Source: Gemmatimonadaceae bacterium
GTDB taxonomy: Bacteria > Gemmatimonadota > Gemmatimonadetes > Gemmatimonadales > Gemmatimonadaceae
DNA: 64,000 nucleotides
Direction of reading: 5' to 3'
Assembly (NCBI GenBank): GCA_025362035.1
Contig: JANYIN010000051.1
Coordinates: 6,016 to 70,015, forward strand
Position 1 is the stretch's first letter. Each line of letters opens with the position of its first letter. The position numbers were made by a program, and so were the translations under genes. This document shows, piece by piece, positions 27,862 to 36,379 of the stretch. The notes below the pieces were generated by a model. It worked only from the letters and a program-made list of their open reading frames with translations, was not told the origin of the DNA and did not search any database.

Positions 27862-29604
27862 ATGAGCGACAGCACTGGGATACTCGACCTTTCCGGTCTC
27901 GAAAATGAGTACGAGATCATCGGCGAGATGAACGTCAAGGATCACTCGCGAGCCTTTATCGCGACCAGGAAGGACGCGAGTGGGAAACGGAAGGACGATC
28001 ATTCCCGCGTCCTGATCACCGTGAATGCCACTCCCGAAGGCGACGAGGGAAACGCCCTGTCTCACTATGCAGCCGACACACAGCTGCTTGCACGACTGGG
28101 CCACCGACGGCTGATTCCGGTGATCGAGGGCGGCTGGGTGGGCAAGGATAGCTTCGCGGTGGTGTCCGAACGCATTGCCGACCCGTCCCTCGCCGCCGTG
28201 CTTGCGCGTTCGGGGGAGCGATTTTCGAATCCGCGTATCGCCGCGATACTGCGTGAGGTGAACGGCCTGCTCGAGTGGGCGCGCGAACAGAGAATCATTC
28301 ACCGCGCCCTCACGGCCGAGACGATTTTCCTCGAACCGCAGACTGACCGCGTGCGCGCGTCGTTCGTGGTCGCGGCAATCCCGCGTCGGCCGCGGTCGGA
28401 TGTCGATGCGGATGCACGGACCATCGCTCGCCTCGCCATCGCGATGCTCATCGGGAACGGCGATCGACCCCTCCTCACCGCCGCCACGCTCGCCGACTCG
28501 CGGCCCGATCTGCCCGACCGCGTTATCGAGGTGACGAAGGCAGTACTCGACGACAAGGAGACCGCTGACGGGACGAACATCCCGGCGTATCTCGCCCTCA
28601 TCGGTATGGCCGATCCGATTGCCGCAGAGGAGTCCGAACTCGAGCGACTGCGGGCCGAACTCGTCGAAGAACAACGCGTGGAGCGAGGGAAACTCGCAGA
28701 TGAGCGGACTCGCTTCGAGCAAACCATGGCCGGGGAACGAGCGGGGTTCGCAGCGGAGCGCCATGCCTTCCTTGCCGGGGTAGCCCAGGAACGTGCAGAG
28801 CTCGTCGCCAGGCGCGAGGCACTCGAAAAGGAAGCCGCCGACCGGATCGCCGCGTTCGAACGCATTGCCGCGCATGACCGCCAGCTGATTGACGACCTTC
28901 GCAGCGAAATCCGCCGGGCGGGAGAGCTCGAGATCGAGAAGAAGCGGCTCACCGCGCTCGAGGACATCCACGACGCTGACGCCGATACGGCGTCCGTGCT
29001 CGATCAGGACCGTCTGATGGCGCTCCCGTTCGTGCTTCCGATCATGGCCCCACTGGCCGAACTGGGCTTCAACGACGACCGGCCGTGGCTGCCTGACGAA
29101 GACGGGATGATTCCACAGACGCGCGAACACACATTTATTGACAGCCAGCCGGCCCCCGTGGCGACGCTCGCGTCGACCGATCGACCGTCGCACCCCCGCG
29201 CGCGCATCCTTCCGTTTGCGCTCGTAGGATTGCTCGTCGTCATCGTCCTCGGCGCGGCTGCCCTTCGGTACAGATCCACGACGGTGGCGACCACAGCGCC
29301 CGCGTCGGTGAATGCGCTGACACGCACGACAGCCACGCCTGTAGCGGCACTCCCAGTTGTGGCGCCACAGTACGCCGTTCCACTTCCGCCTGCAGGCGCG
29401 GTAGTGGACTCGTTGATTGGAAAGCGCATCCAGCCGCTCGATTCAGCCGCCGCCGCCGCACAGCTCGTGCGGCACACTCGGCGCATCGGTCGTGACTCGA
29501 CGCCTCGACCAGACACGGTGTCGTCCGGCGACAGCCTATCCCAAGTTCGCGCCCGTCGCGACACCACGCGAAAACCCGATACAACACAAGTGAGCCAGCC
29601 ATGA
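27862..29604 (+). CDS. Membrane-anchored pseudokinase (degenerate Hanks kinase domain, coiled coil, TM, Pro/Thr/Ala-rich tail)
   Basis: Kinase-like fold 'RIIHRALTAETIFL' (HRD->HRA; the Lys and Asn of HRDxKxxN are lost) and 'ASFV' in place of DFG, with no Gly-loop. Followed by an ER-rich coiled coil, TM 'ILPFALVGLLVVIVLGAAAL' and a low-complexity tail. Confidence 0.7.
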   Translation: MSDSTGILDLSGLENEYEIIGEMNVKDHSRAFIATRKDASGKRKDDHSRVLITVNATPEGDEGNALSHYAADTQLLARLGHRRLIPVIEGGWVGKDSFAVVSERIADPSLAAVLARSGERFSNPRIAAILREVNGLLEWAREQRIIHRALTAETIFLEPQTDRVRASFVVAAIPRRPRSDVDADARTIARLAIAMLIGNGDRPLLTAATLADSRPDLPDRVIEVTKAVLDDKETADGTNIPAYLALIGMADPIAAEESELERLRAELVEEQRVERGKLADERTRFEQTMAGERAGFAAERHAFLAGVAQERAELVARREALEKEAADRIAAFERIAAHDRQLIDDLRSEIRRAGELEIEKKRLTALEDIHDADADTASVLDQDRLMALPFVLPIMAPLAELGFNDDRPWLPDEDGMIPQTREHTFIDSQPAPVATLASTDRPSHPRARILPFALVGLLVVIVLGAAALRYRSTTVATTAPASVNALTRTTATPVAALPVVAPQYAVPLPPAGAVVDSLIGKRIQPLDSAAAAAQLVRHTRRIGRDSTPRPDTVSSGDSLSQVRARRDTTRKPDTTQVSQP

Positions 29605-29921
29605 TGACCGAACGCACGTTTATCGACGTCGCGGGCGCAGAGTGGAGCGTCTGGGAAGTCTACCCCTCGCTCGTGGAACGCCGTCTGCTTGCCGAGCGCC
29701 GCGCGGCGGCCCGCGGTCAGCTGGAACGTCGGCACGTACCGGTCGGCCGCGCGACACTCCCCATGCAGATCCGCGGTGGATGGCTCGCGTTCCAGAACAA
29801 GTACGAGCGCCGACGCCTCATTCCGGTGCCGACCTCCTGGGAGGAGTTCGACGACGGCGCCCTCCGCCGACTACTGGCGCAGTCGATGCTCGCCAGCAGG
29901 CCGAGAGGCGTGCCGCGCTGA
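29601..29921 (+). CDS. Hypothetical protein (106 aa), translationally coupled to the pseudokinase
   Basis: ATGA overlap at 29601-29604. GC3-rich coding look and no recognised domain. Confidence 0.5.
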   Translation: MMTERTFIDVAGAEWSVWEVYPSLVERRLLAERRAAARGQLERRHVPVGRATLPMQIRGGWLAFQNKYERRRLIPVPTSWEEFDDGALRRLLAQSMLASRPRGVPR

Positions 29922-29992
29922 TGTGGGGACCCTTGGCCGGTGCTTCGGTCGCGCGCGTTGGCACCTCGAGCCATCAATGCGAACACGGCCTC

Positions 29993-32479
29993 TCAGCGGA
30001 CGAGTTCGACTCGCCGCACGCCGCTCGGCATCACAAAACGAACTGTTCGCGCGGCATCGTCGTACGCCGCTGCGACTGGCCGTCCGTCCACGAGCACGCG
30101 GTCTGGCCGCGCGCCTTGCGCGGCTATGGTGACGTCGAACGTGGTGGCGCCGCGGTAGGCACCCTGCGAGGACACGCGGACGCTGAGCTGGCGCACGTCA
30201 TCGGCGGTGACGAACGTCGTCAGGCGGAACTGTCCCTGGAGGTATCCGTAGCCATCGCCCGCGTCTTCATAGAGATCGCTCGTTGCGGCGCCGGGAAACA
30301 CGCGGAGTGCAAGGGTGTCCAGCACGCGCTGGTCCGAATACTGGAGCACCGCCTGCGTTGGAATCACCGCACCCGCACGCGCGAACACGGGCAGACCGCG
30401 CAGCGCGGTGGTGTCGCCGCCGTCCAGGAGCACGCGGGGGGCTGCCACGGTGGCACTCACCCCGCCGGCGAATCGTTCGTCGCTGCCCAGTCGATACCAC
30501 TCGCCGCTGGGCAGATAGACGCTGCGGCTGTCGGCGGCGGAATCGACGACGGGGGCAACGAGCAGATGATCGCCGAGCATGTATGAGAACTGCGATCGAA
30601 GCGCCGCCGTGTCACCAAGCGACCCCCAGAAGACCGGGCGGACAACGGGACTTCCGTCGCGCGTGTGCTGAAAGAACGCCGTGTAGAGGGCGGGAAGCAG
30701 GCGATACCGAAGGCTGATCGCCGCGCGAGCGGCGCGCTCATGCTCCGTCCCGTAAAACCAGGGCTCGCGACGCGGCGAGTCGATGGACGAGTGCGTGCGA
30801 CAGAATGGAAGGAGAGCTGCGGACTGCAGCCAGCGCAAGTACAAGTCTGCCGAGGGTGAGCCGTTGAATCCGCCGATGTCGTCGCCGGCAAACGGCAGAC
30901 CGGACAAACCCAGACTGATGACCATGGGCAGCGAGACCTTGAGCTGGTCCCATGTCGAGTAGGTGTCGCCCGTCCACATACTCGCGTATCGCTGGATACC
31001 GGTGTAACCGGCTCTGGTGACGATGAACGGACGGCGCTCGGGCCGCAGGCGCCGCAGCCCGTCGTACGTGGCGCGCGCCTCCAGCGCCCCATACTGATTG
31101 TGGTATTCGATATGCGTTCCGGGGCGCCCGTCGCCGTCGAACTGCGTGAAGTCCGGGATCGTCTGCGCCCCGAACGACGCCGGTTCGTTCATGTCGTTCC
31201 AGACTCCTGCGACGCCTGCATCGAGCAGCGCACGATGCTGGTCGCCCCACCAGCGGCGCGTGTCCGCGCGTGAGAAGTCAGGAAAGACACTCCGGCCCGG
31301 CCACACCTGGCCGACGTACGCCGTGCCGTCCGGCAGCCTGACGTATGCGCCGCGCACAAGCCCCTCGCGGTAGACACTGTACGCGCTGTCCACCTTCACA
31401 CCGGGATCGACGATGGTGACGACCCTGAACCCCCGCGCGTTGAGCGAGTCGAGCAACTGCTTCGGCTGCGAAAACTCCCGCGGGTTCCACGTGAACACGC
31501 GGTACCCGTCCATGAAGTGAATGTCGAGGTGGATGACGTCGGCGGGAATATGCCGTCGCCGGAATTCCGCCGCGAGATTCACGACCTGCGTGTCCGGATG
31601 ATAGCTGTACCGGCTCTGATGGAAACCGAGCGCCCACCGTGGAGGCATCGGCGTGCGACCCGTGAGGCGCGAATAGCGCGCAAGGACGCTGTCGAGGCCG
31701 GGACCACGAAAGATGAACCACCGCAGTTCACCGCCGTCGATGCCGCCTTCCGCCGTGTAGGCGACGCCGCCTTTCAGTCGCCCGTTGAAATCCATCTCCC
31801 CCTTGAATGGATTATCGTAGAGGACCCCGTGCGCGACTCCGTCCCTCACACGCACGTAGAACGGGAACGACGAGTAGATCGGCACCTGATCGATCTGCAC
31901 GCCCCGATCCGTGTTCCAGAAGGGGAACGTCGAGCCAGAGCGATCCAGGCCGGTCGGTTGCTCGCCGAGTCCGAAGAAGCGCGCCCCGGAATCGCTGTGC
32001 ACCACATGTGCAACGCGCCCTTGCCAGGTTGAAGCACCGAGCGATTCGGACAGAAGCAATCGTCCGTCGCTGTCCCGGACGCTGACGCGGAGCGGTGCGC
32101 GGCTCGCTGTGACTGTCATACCTTCAGCCTGGACGGTCACGCCATCTGATGTCTCGCGAATGACCGCCGTGCCCACGCGCGGTGCCGAGTCGCCGGTCGC
32201 GATGGAGCGCGTGGCGGGAAATGCCGCGGTGACCGCGTCGCCAAAGCGAACGCGCACACGCACACCGATGCCGGCGATGGATTGCACGAGCACGCCGCCA
32301 TGCTCCGCACTGAGGAATACGCCGCCTGCCACCGGCGAGCTCCGTCGCATGCGGCCAAGGCCCACGAAGGCGCCCTGTTGTGCATTGGCGGGTCCCATTG
32401 GCACCACGCAACAGATTAGCCCCACAACGGCCGCCGGCCGCGCCAGCCTGCGAAGCAGTACGGAGCGTCCGGGGCTCAG
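29993..32479 (-). CDS. Alpha-glucosidase, glycoside hydrolase family 31
   Basis: GH31 nucleophile block 'GVWNDMNEPA' and 'FIVTRAGYTGIQRYASMWTGD'. The 5' end is uncertain. The signal-like 'RSVLLRRLARPAAVVGLICCVVPMGPANAQQ' precedes the first ATG (32398). A CTG at 32479 overlaps the upstream stop (CTGA). The 917-aa ORF reaching 32746 overlaps two upstream genes and is rejected. Confidence 0.85.
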   Translation of the reverse strand: MSPGRSVLLRRLARPAAVVGLICCVVPMGPANAQQGAFVGLGRMRRSSPVAGGVFLSAEHGGVLVQSIAGIGVRVRVRFGDAVTAAFPATRSIATGDSAPRVGTAVIRETSDGVTVQAEGMTVTASRAPLRVSVRDSDGRLLLSESLGASTWQGRVAHVVHSDSGARFFGLGEQPTGLDRSGSTFPFWNTDRGVQIDQVPIYSSFPFYVRVRDGVAHGVLYDNPFKGEMDFNGRLKGGVAYTAEGGIDGGELRWFIFRGPGLDSVLARYSRLTGRTPMPPRWALGFHQSRYSYHPDTQVVNLAAEFRRRHIPADVIHLDIHFMDGYRVFTWNPREFSQPKQLLDSLNARGFRVVTIVDPGVKVDSAYSVYREGLVRGAYVRLPDGTAYVGQVWPGRSVFPDFSRADTRRWWGDQHRALLDAGVAGVWNDMNEPASFGAQTIPDFTQFDGDGRPGTHIEYHNQYGALEARATYDGLRRLRPERRPFIVTRAGYTGIQRYASMWTGDTYSTWDQLKVSLPMVISLGLSGLPFAGDDIGGFNGSPSADLYLRWLQSAALLPFCRTHSSIDSPRREPWFYGTEHERAARAAISLRYRLLPALYTAFFQHTRDGSPVVRPVFWGSLGDTAALRSQFSYMLGDHLLVAPVVDSAADSRSVYLPSGEWYRLGSDERFAGGVSATVAAPRVLLDGGDTTALRGLPVFARAGAVIPTQAVLQYSDQRVLDTLALRVFPGAATSDLYEDAGDGYGYLQGQFRLTTFVTADDVRQLSVRVSSQGAYRGATTFDVTIAAQGARPDRVLVDGRPVAAAYDDAARTVRFVMPSGVRRVELVR

Positions 32480-32691
32480 ACCGCTGGCCTCTTGGGCCGC
32501 GCCAGGAGCAGCATCAGCACGCCGAACACGAGCATCACCAAGCCCCACCACAGGTTGATCTGTCCATTCCTCGTGAAGGCTGCGGCGGTGGTCGCCGGCG
32601 ACAGGTAGCCGTACGCCGTGAGCAGGATTCCCAGCAGCACGAACAGACCGCCGATGGGAACGCGCACGTCCAGGTCTCCGGTTGCGCTCAT
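32476..32691 (-). CDS. Small two-TM membrane protein (71 aa) between symporter and GH31
   Basis: ATG lies 2 nt after the symporter stop (TAA-CC-ATG). Strongly GC3-biased codons and two hydrophobic helices ('IGGLFVLLGILLTAYGYL', 'LWWGLVMLVFGVLMLLLA'). Confidence 0.6.
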   Translation of the reverse strand: MSATGDLDVRVPIGGLFVLLGILLTAYGYLSPATTAAAFTRNGQINLWWGLVMLVFGVLMLLLARPKRPAV

Positions 32692-32693
32692 GG

Positions 32694-34439
32694 TTAGGCG
32701 AAGAGAAGGTTGAGGGCCAGAAGGAGCAGGATGGTGAGGGCGCCAAGGAACGCCGGACGCTCGTAGAAGGAGCGCGCCGTACTCACCGGGCGCGGCGTCA
32801 GCGCGTAGACGAGGCCGCGCAGTTCCTCATCGGGGCGAGGCCGCGTCAGGAGACTCACCACGATCGTTACCACAAAACAGGTCGTCCACGCGAAGATCGC
32901 CGTCCAGAACGTCTGCCCAAGCTCACTGGGGAACGTCTCGAGCACGCCAAAATAGCCTCCCTTGACGCCGGGTACGGACCCCGCGGGAAGCGTCAGGCCG
33001 TGATGCACCGCGGCGGCGAGCGTACCGGAGAGGAGACCGAAAAATGCGCCGTGCCCCGTGGTCCGCCGCCAGAACATGCCGAGGAAAAACGTGGCGAACA
33101 GCGGCGCGTTCACGAACGCGAACACCAGCTGCAACAGCTCCATGATGTTGTTGAATGCCGCGGCGACGTACGCGGCGGCAATGGCCAGCAGAATCCCGAC
33201 CACAGTGGCCGCTCGGCCGATCCACAATAGATGTTCGTCGCTGGCATCCTTCCGGACGTACGCCTGATAGAGATCGTAGGTCCATACCGTATTGAACGCG
33301 GTCACGTTTCCAGCCATGCCCGACATGAACGAGGCGAGCAAGGCCGCGAGCCCCAGCCCCAGCATCCCGTTCGGAAAGAGATGCATGAGCATGGAGGGGG
33401 TCGCGAGATCATAATCGAGCACCACCTTGCCCGCAGCGTTGAGCAGGGGCCCCCCGCCGGGACCCACCTTCGCCGGGATGATGCCCGATCCGCCAATGAC
33501 CAGCGCAATCATCCCGGGCAGGATCACGAGAAACGGAAAGACCATCTTCGGCACCGCCGCGATGAGCGGCGTCCGTCGCGCGGCCTCCATCGAGTCGGCC
33601 GCCATGGCGCGCTGCACCACGAGGAAGTCCGTGCACCAGTAGCCGAATGAGAGCACGAAGCCGAGGCCCATGACCAGCCCGAACCACTCCACGCCGATGA
33701 GGTTGTGCTCTGGAGCGCCCATACCGCGCCACGCATGCGTGTAGGCGTCCGCGGAATGCCCTTGCGACACGGCGAGCGCCGTCAACTTCGCCGTGAGCCC
33801 GCTCCAGCCACCCACCTCGTTGAGGCCGACAATCACCAGCGGCGCGAAGCCGAACACGATGAGGAAGAACTGCAGAACTTCGTTGTAGATCGCGCTCGTC
33901 AGCCCGCCCAGCAGGATGTACGAGAGCACGATAGCCGCGGACATGAGCACGCTGAAATTGAAGCTCCATCCCAACAGCAGGTGCATCAACTCGCCCATCG
34001 CGTACATCGACACGCCGGAGGAAAAGACCGTCATCACGGCGAACGACACGGCGTTGAACGCGCGTGTCTTCTCGTCAAAGCGCAGACGCAGATACTCGGG
34101 AACCGACCGGGCCCGTGAGCCGTAATAGAACGGCATCATGAACAGGCCGACGAACAGCATGGCCGGCACCGCACCGATCCAGTAGAAGTGGCTGGTGGAA
34201 ATGCCGTACTTCGCTCCGGACGCGCCCATGCCGATTACCTCCTGCGCGCCGAGATTGGCCGACAGGAAGGCCAATCCCGTGATCCACGCCGGAAGCGAGC
34301 GACCCGACAGAAAAAAGTCCGTGCTGGTCTTCATCGCTCGGCGAAGCCGCCATCCGATCCCGAGCACGAAAAGGAAGTACACGCCGATGATCGTATAGTC
34401 GATCCAGCGGAGACCTACGGGAGAGAGACTGGGCGCCAT
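32694..34439 (-). CDS. Sodium:solute symporter (SSS family, SGLT-like sugar transporter)
   Basis: ~14 TM helices with 'FFLSGRSLPAWITGLAFLSANLGAQEVIGM' typical of SSS. Start at ATG 34439 (the ORF opens at 34544). Confidence 0.88.
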   Translation of the reverse strand: MAPSLSPVGLRWIDYTIIGVYFLFVLGIGWRLRRAMKTSTDFFLSGRSLPAWITGLAFLSANLGAQEVIGMGASGAKYGISTSHFYWIGAVPAMLFVGLFMMPFYYGSRARSVPEYLRLRFDEKTRAFNAVSFAVMTVFSSGVSMYAMGELMHLLLGWSFNFSVLMSAAIVLSYILLGGLTSAIYNEVLQFFLIVFGFAPLVIVGLNEVGGWSGLTAKLTALAVSQGHSADAYTHAWRGMGAPEHNLIGVEWFGLVMGLGFVLSFGYWCTDFLVVQRAMAADSMEAARRTPLIAAVPKMVFPFLVILPGMIALVIGGSGIIPAKVGPGGGPLLNAAGKVVLDYDLATPSMLMHLFPNGMLGLGLAALLASFMSGMAGNVTAFNTVWTYDLYQAYVRKDASDEHLLWIGRAATVVGILLAIAAAYVAAAFNNIMELLQLVFAFVNAPLFATFFLGMFWRRTTGHGAFFGLLSGTLAAAVHHGLTLPAGSVPGVKGGYFGVLETFPSELGQTFWTAIFAWTTCFVVTIVVSLLTRPRPDEELRGLVYALTPRPVSTARSFYERPAFLGALTILLLLALNLLFA

Positions 34440-34601
34440 CAAGTCGAGACTCCATTTGGGAAGGCAGCTGACTGGCTGCTCGTTTTTCGGCTGGGGTAGC
34501 CTATCACCGATAAGGGGGCGGGTCAAATCCCTGACGACGACCATGCCGGTTGATTCTGTGGCGCCGGCCGCCTATATCCTTCCCGAATCGCCGGAGGGCG
34601 C

Positions 34602-35213
34602 ATGAAACCGATGTACCTGCAGGACGTCGAAGCGCATAAGGGTGCGGGACCGCGCGCGGAGACGATCGAAAGAATGCGCGCGGCCGGCGTGCCGGTGCCA
34701 CAGATCATGCACCTCTTCGCCTACAAGCCGGAACGCACCGATCATCTGGCGGCGTTCACGCAGGGTGTGATGCGCGGCCCGTCGCCGCTTTCGGCCGGAC
34801 AGCGCGAACTGATCGCGGCGCTGACGTCCACGCTCAACAAGTGTCTCTTCTGAATCGGCTCCCACGCCGCGGTCGCGGCGGAGCTGCTGGGCGATCATGC
34901 GCTGGTGGAAAGCGTTCTCACCGATCTCGACACGGCGCCGATTTCCGACCGGGACCGGGCACTGTACCTATTCGTGAAGAAGATGGTGCACGATTCGCTC
35001 TCCATCGGCGAGGCCGACGTGGTGACGGCCCGTGCGGCCGGCTGGACGGACGAGGCGCTCTACGACGCGATCACCGTCGTGGCGCTGTTCCAGTTCTACA
35101 ACGCATGGATCGACGCGTCGGGCGTGAGCGACATGCCGGCAGAGGGGTATGAGATGTCGGGTCGGCGAATGGCGGCCGGAGGGTACGTGATGGGCAAGCC
35201 GGCGGCGGAATAG
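34602..35213 (+). CDS. AhpD/carboxymuconolactone-decarboxylase-family peroxidase-related protein with in-frame UGA (putative selenocysteine) at 34851-34853
   Basis: ORFs 34602..34853 and 34905..35213 share one frame. The 51 nt between them are stop-free and encode the family-typical 'IGSHAAVAAELLGDHAL'. Read-through gives 'NKC-L-F-U-I-G-S-H', i.e. CxxUxxxH at the AhpD CxxCxxxH position. Confidence 0.75.
34856..34886 (+). promoter_or_regulatory. SECIS-like stem-loop immediately 3' of the in-frame UGA
   Basis: Outer stem is 34856-34862 / 34880-34886 (one G.U). A CAC bulge lies at 34863-34865. Inner stem is GCCGC / GCGGC (34866-34870 / 34875-34879). The apical loop is GGUC (34871-34874), ~20 nt from the UGA. 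Confidence 0.55.
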
Positions 35214-35220
35214 AGCCAGG

Positions 35221-36363
35221 TCAGTATTGCTGCGTCCGGGGCTGGAACGTTCGCCAGCTGTGCCAGAATTCCTGACTGGCAATGACGGGCACCAGCCGCC
35301 CGGACGCGCCTTCGCCGGTGAGCGCGAACGCGCGCTCGCCGCCCACGAGCGAATCGCCGCGCAGCACGAAGCGGGTGGCCGAGTCCGGCCGCCGGAACGC
35401 GAAGTAGCTGACACCGTCGCGGCCAAGTACCACGACCACCGGCGTGCCGCCAACCTCGTCGTTCACCACACGCTCCCGGCGCAGTCGATTCCAATCGTAC
35501 GCCTTGCTGCGCTGGTTGACGGTCAGTCCTACCACCCATGACTTATCGTGCCACGAAGCGGTATCCGTTCCGGTGAGCTGCTTCCGACTGGTGCCGCGCT
35601 CAAACGCATAGTCTTTGGCGTACTCCGTTGCGAACGTCGAATCGCCCTGCATGATCAGACTGTGGGGATACAGTGCCAGCCACTGGTCGAGCGTCACCTG
35701 CAGGTGCCACAGCTCGGGTAGGAACGTTCCCTTCAGCGCGCCGGTGATCGCCTCTCCATTGGCTTGCCGCCACCAACTGCCCGTCGTTCGGTCTTCGAGC
35801 ATCGCGTTGAAGTGATCCATGCCTACCAGTCGGAACGTTTCGTCATGCCCGGCCGCCGTGGGCGCGAACACTCGCCCGGTTCGGCATACCGTGCAGTAAC
35901 TGACCAGTACGTTGCGGCCGCCAACCCTGTCGCGCACCTGGTGATGGTAGCCGATGAACTGCAGCGGATACGCGCGCGCGTCACCATTGACGTTCACGCC
36001 GACGACCAGACGGTTCAGCGCGACCCGGTTGCGGGAGGCCGGCTCCAATCGCAACACGGTCGGCTGCCGGAACATGTGATCGGCCGACATCTGGACGTTC
36101 ACCACGTATGCCACGGCACTCACCGCCACGACCGAGGCAGGTACCATCCAGCGGCGCCAACCGTCGAGCCGCCATACCGACGCCGCCCCCGCCGCACACA
36201 GCGCGCCGAACATGATCCGCAGTGGCCAGCGCCAGGTGTAGATCGCGTACGCCACGTCGATGCTTCGCATTCGCTGGCTGCCGGGCATCGGCATGATGAA
36301 GTAGACGTTGGCGGCCTCCGTCAGCATCAGGCCGACGACGCCGAGCGCGAACAGCCATTTCAT
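35221..36363 (-). CDS. DUF3179 domain-containing membrane protein
   Basis: Hallmark 'VLVSYCTVCRTGRVF' plus three N-terminal TM helices. Start at ATG 36363 (an alternative at 36393 would overlap the trehalase gene). Confidence 0.7.
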   Translation of the reverse strand: MKWLFALGVVGLMLTEAANVYFIMPMPGSQRMRSIDVAYAIYTWRWPLRIMFGALCAAGAASVWRLDGWRRWMVPASVVAVSAVAYVVNVQMSADHMFRQPTVLRLEPASRNRVALNRLVVGVNVNGDARAYPLQFIGYHHQVRDRVGGRNVLVSYCTVCRTGRVFAPTAAGHDETFRLVGMDHFNAMLEDRTTGSWWRQANGEAITGALKGTFLPELWHLQVTLDQWLALYPHSLIMQGDSTFATEYAKDYAFERGTSRKQLTGTDTASWHDKSWVVGLTVNQRSKAYDWNRLRRERVVNDEVGGTPVVVVLGRDGVSYFAFRRPDSATRFVLRGDSLVGGERAFALTGEGASGRLVPVIASQEFWHSWRTFQPRTQQY

Positions 36364-36379
36364 CGGTGCGCCGCGGAGC

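Noticed and set aside
29993-32746. Full 917-aa GH31 ORF starting at ATG 32746.
   Set aside because: It would overlap the symporter 3' end and the entire 71-aa membrane ORF. The first ~90 aa are Arg/Pro-rich with no GH31 similarity.
34518-34543. tRNA T-loop-like string 'GGGCGGGTCAAATCCCTGACGACGACCA', about 60 nt upstream of the putative selenoprotein gene. It tempted me as a tRNA or tRNA-Sec.
   Set aside because: The flanking arms are not complementary (GGCGG vs CCCTG). No acceptor stem can be formed with the sequence ~75-95 nt upstream. No anticodon or D-arm geometry fits.
34602-35213. Alternative reading of the split AhpD-like gene as a simple pseudogene or as two independent small genes.
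   Set aside because: Not fully excluded. It is disfavoured for three reasons. The only lesion is a single TGA exactly at the catalytic Cys position. The downstream 51 nt remain in frame and family-like. A hairpin sits where a SECIS should be.
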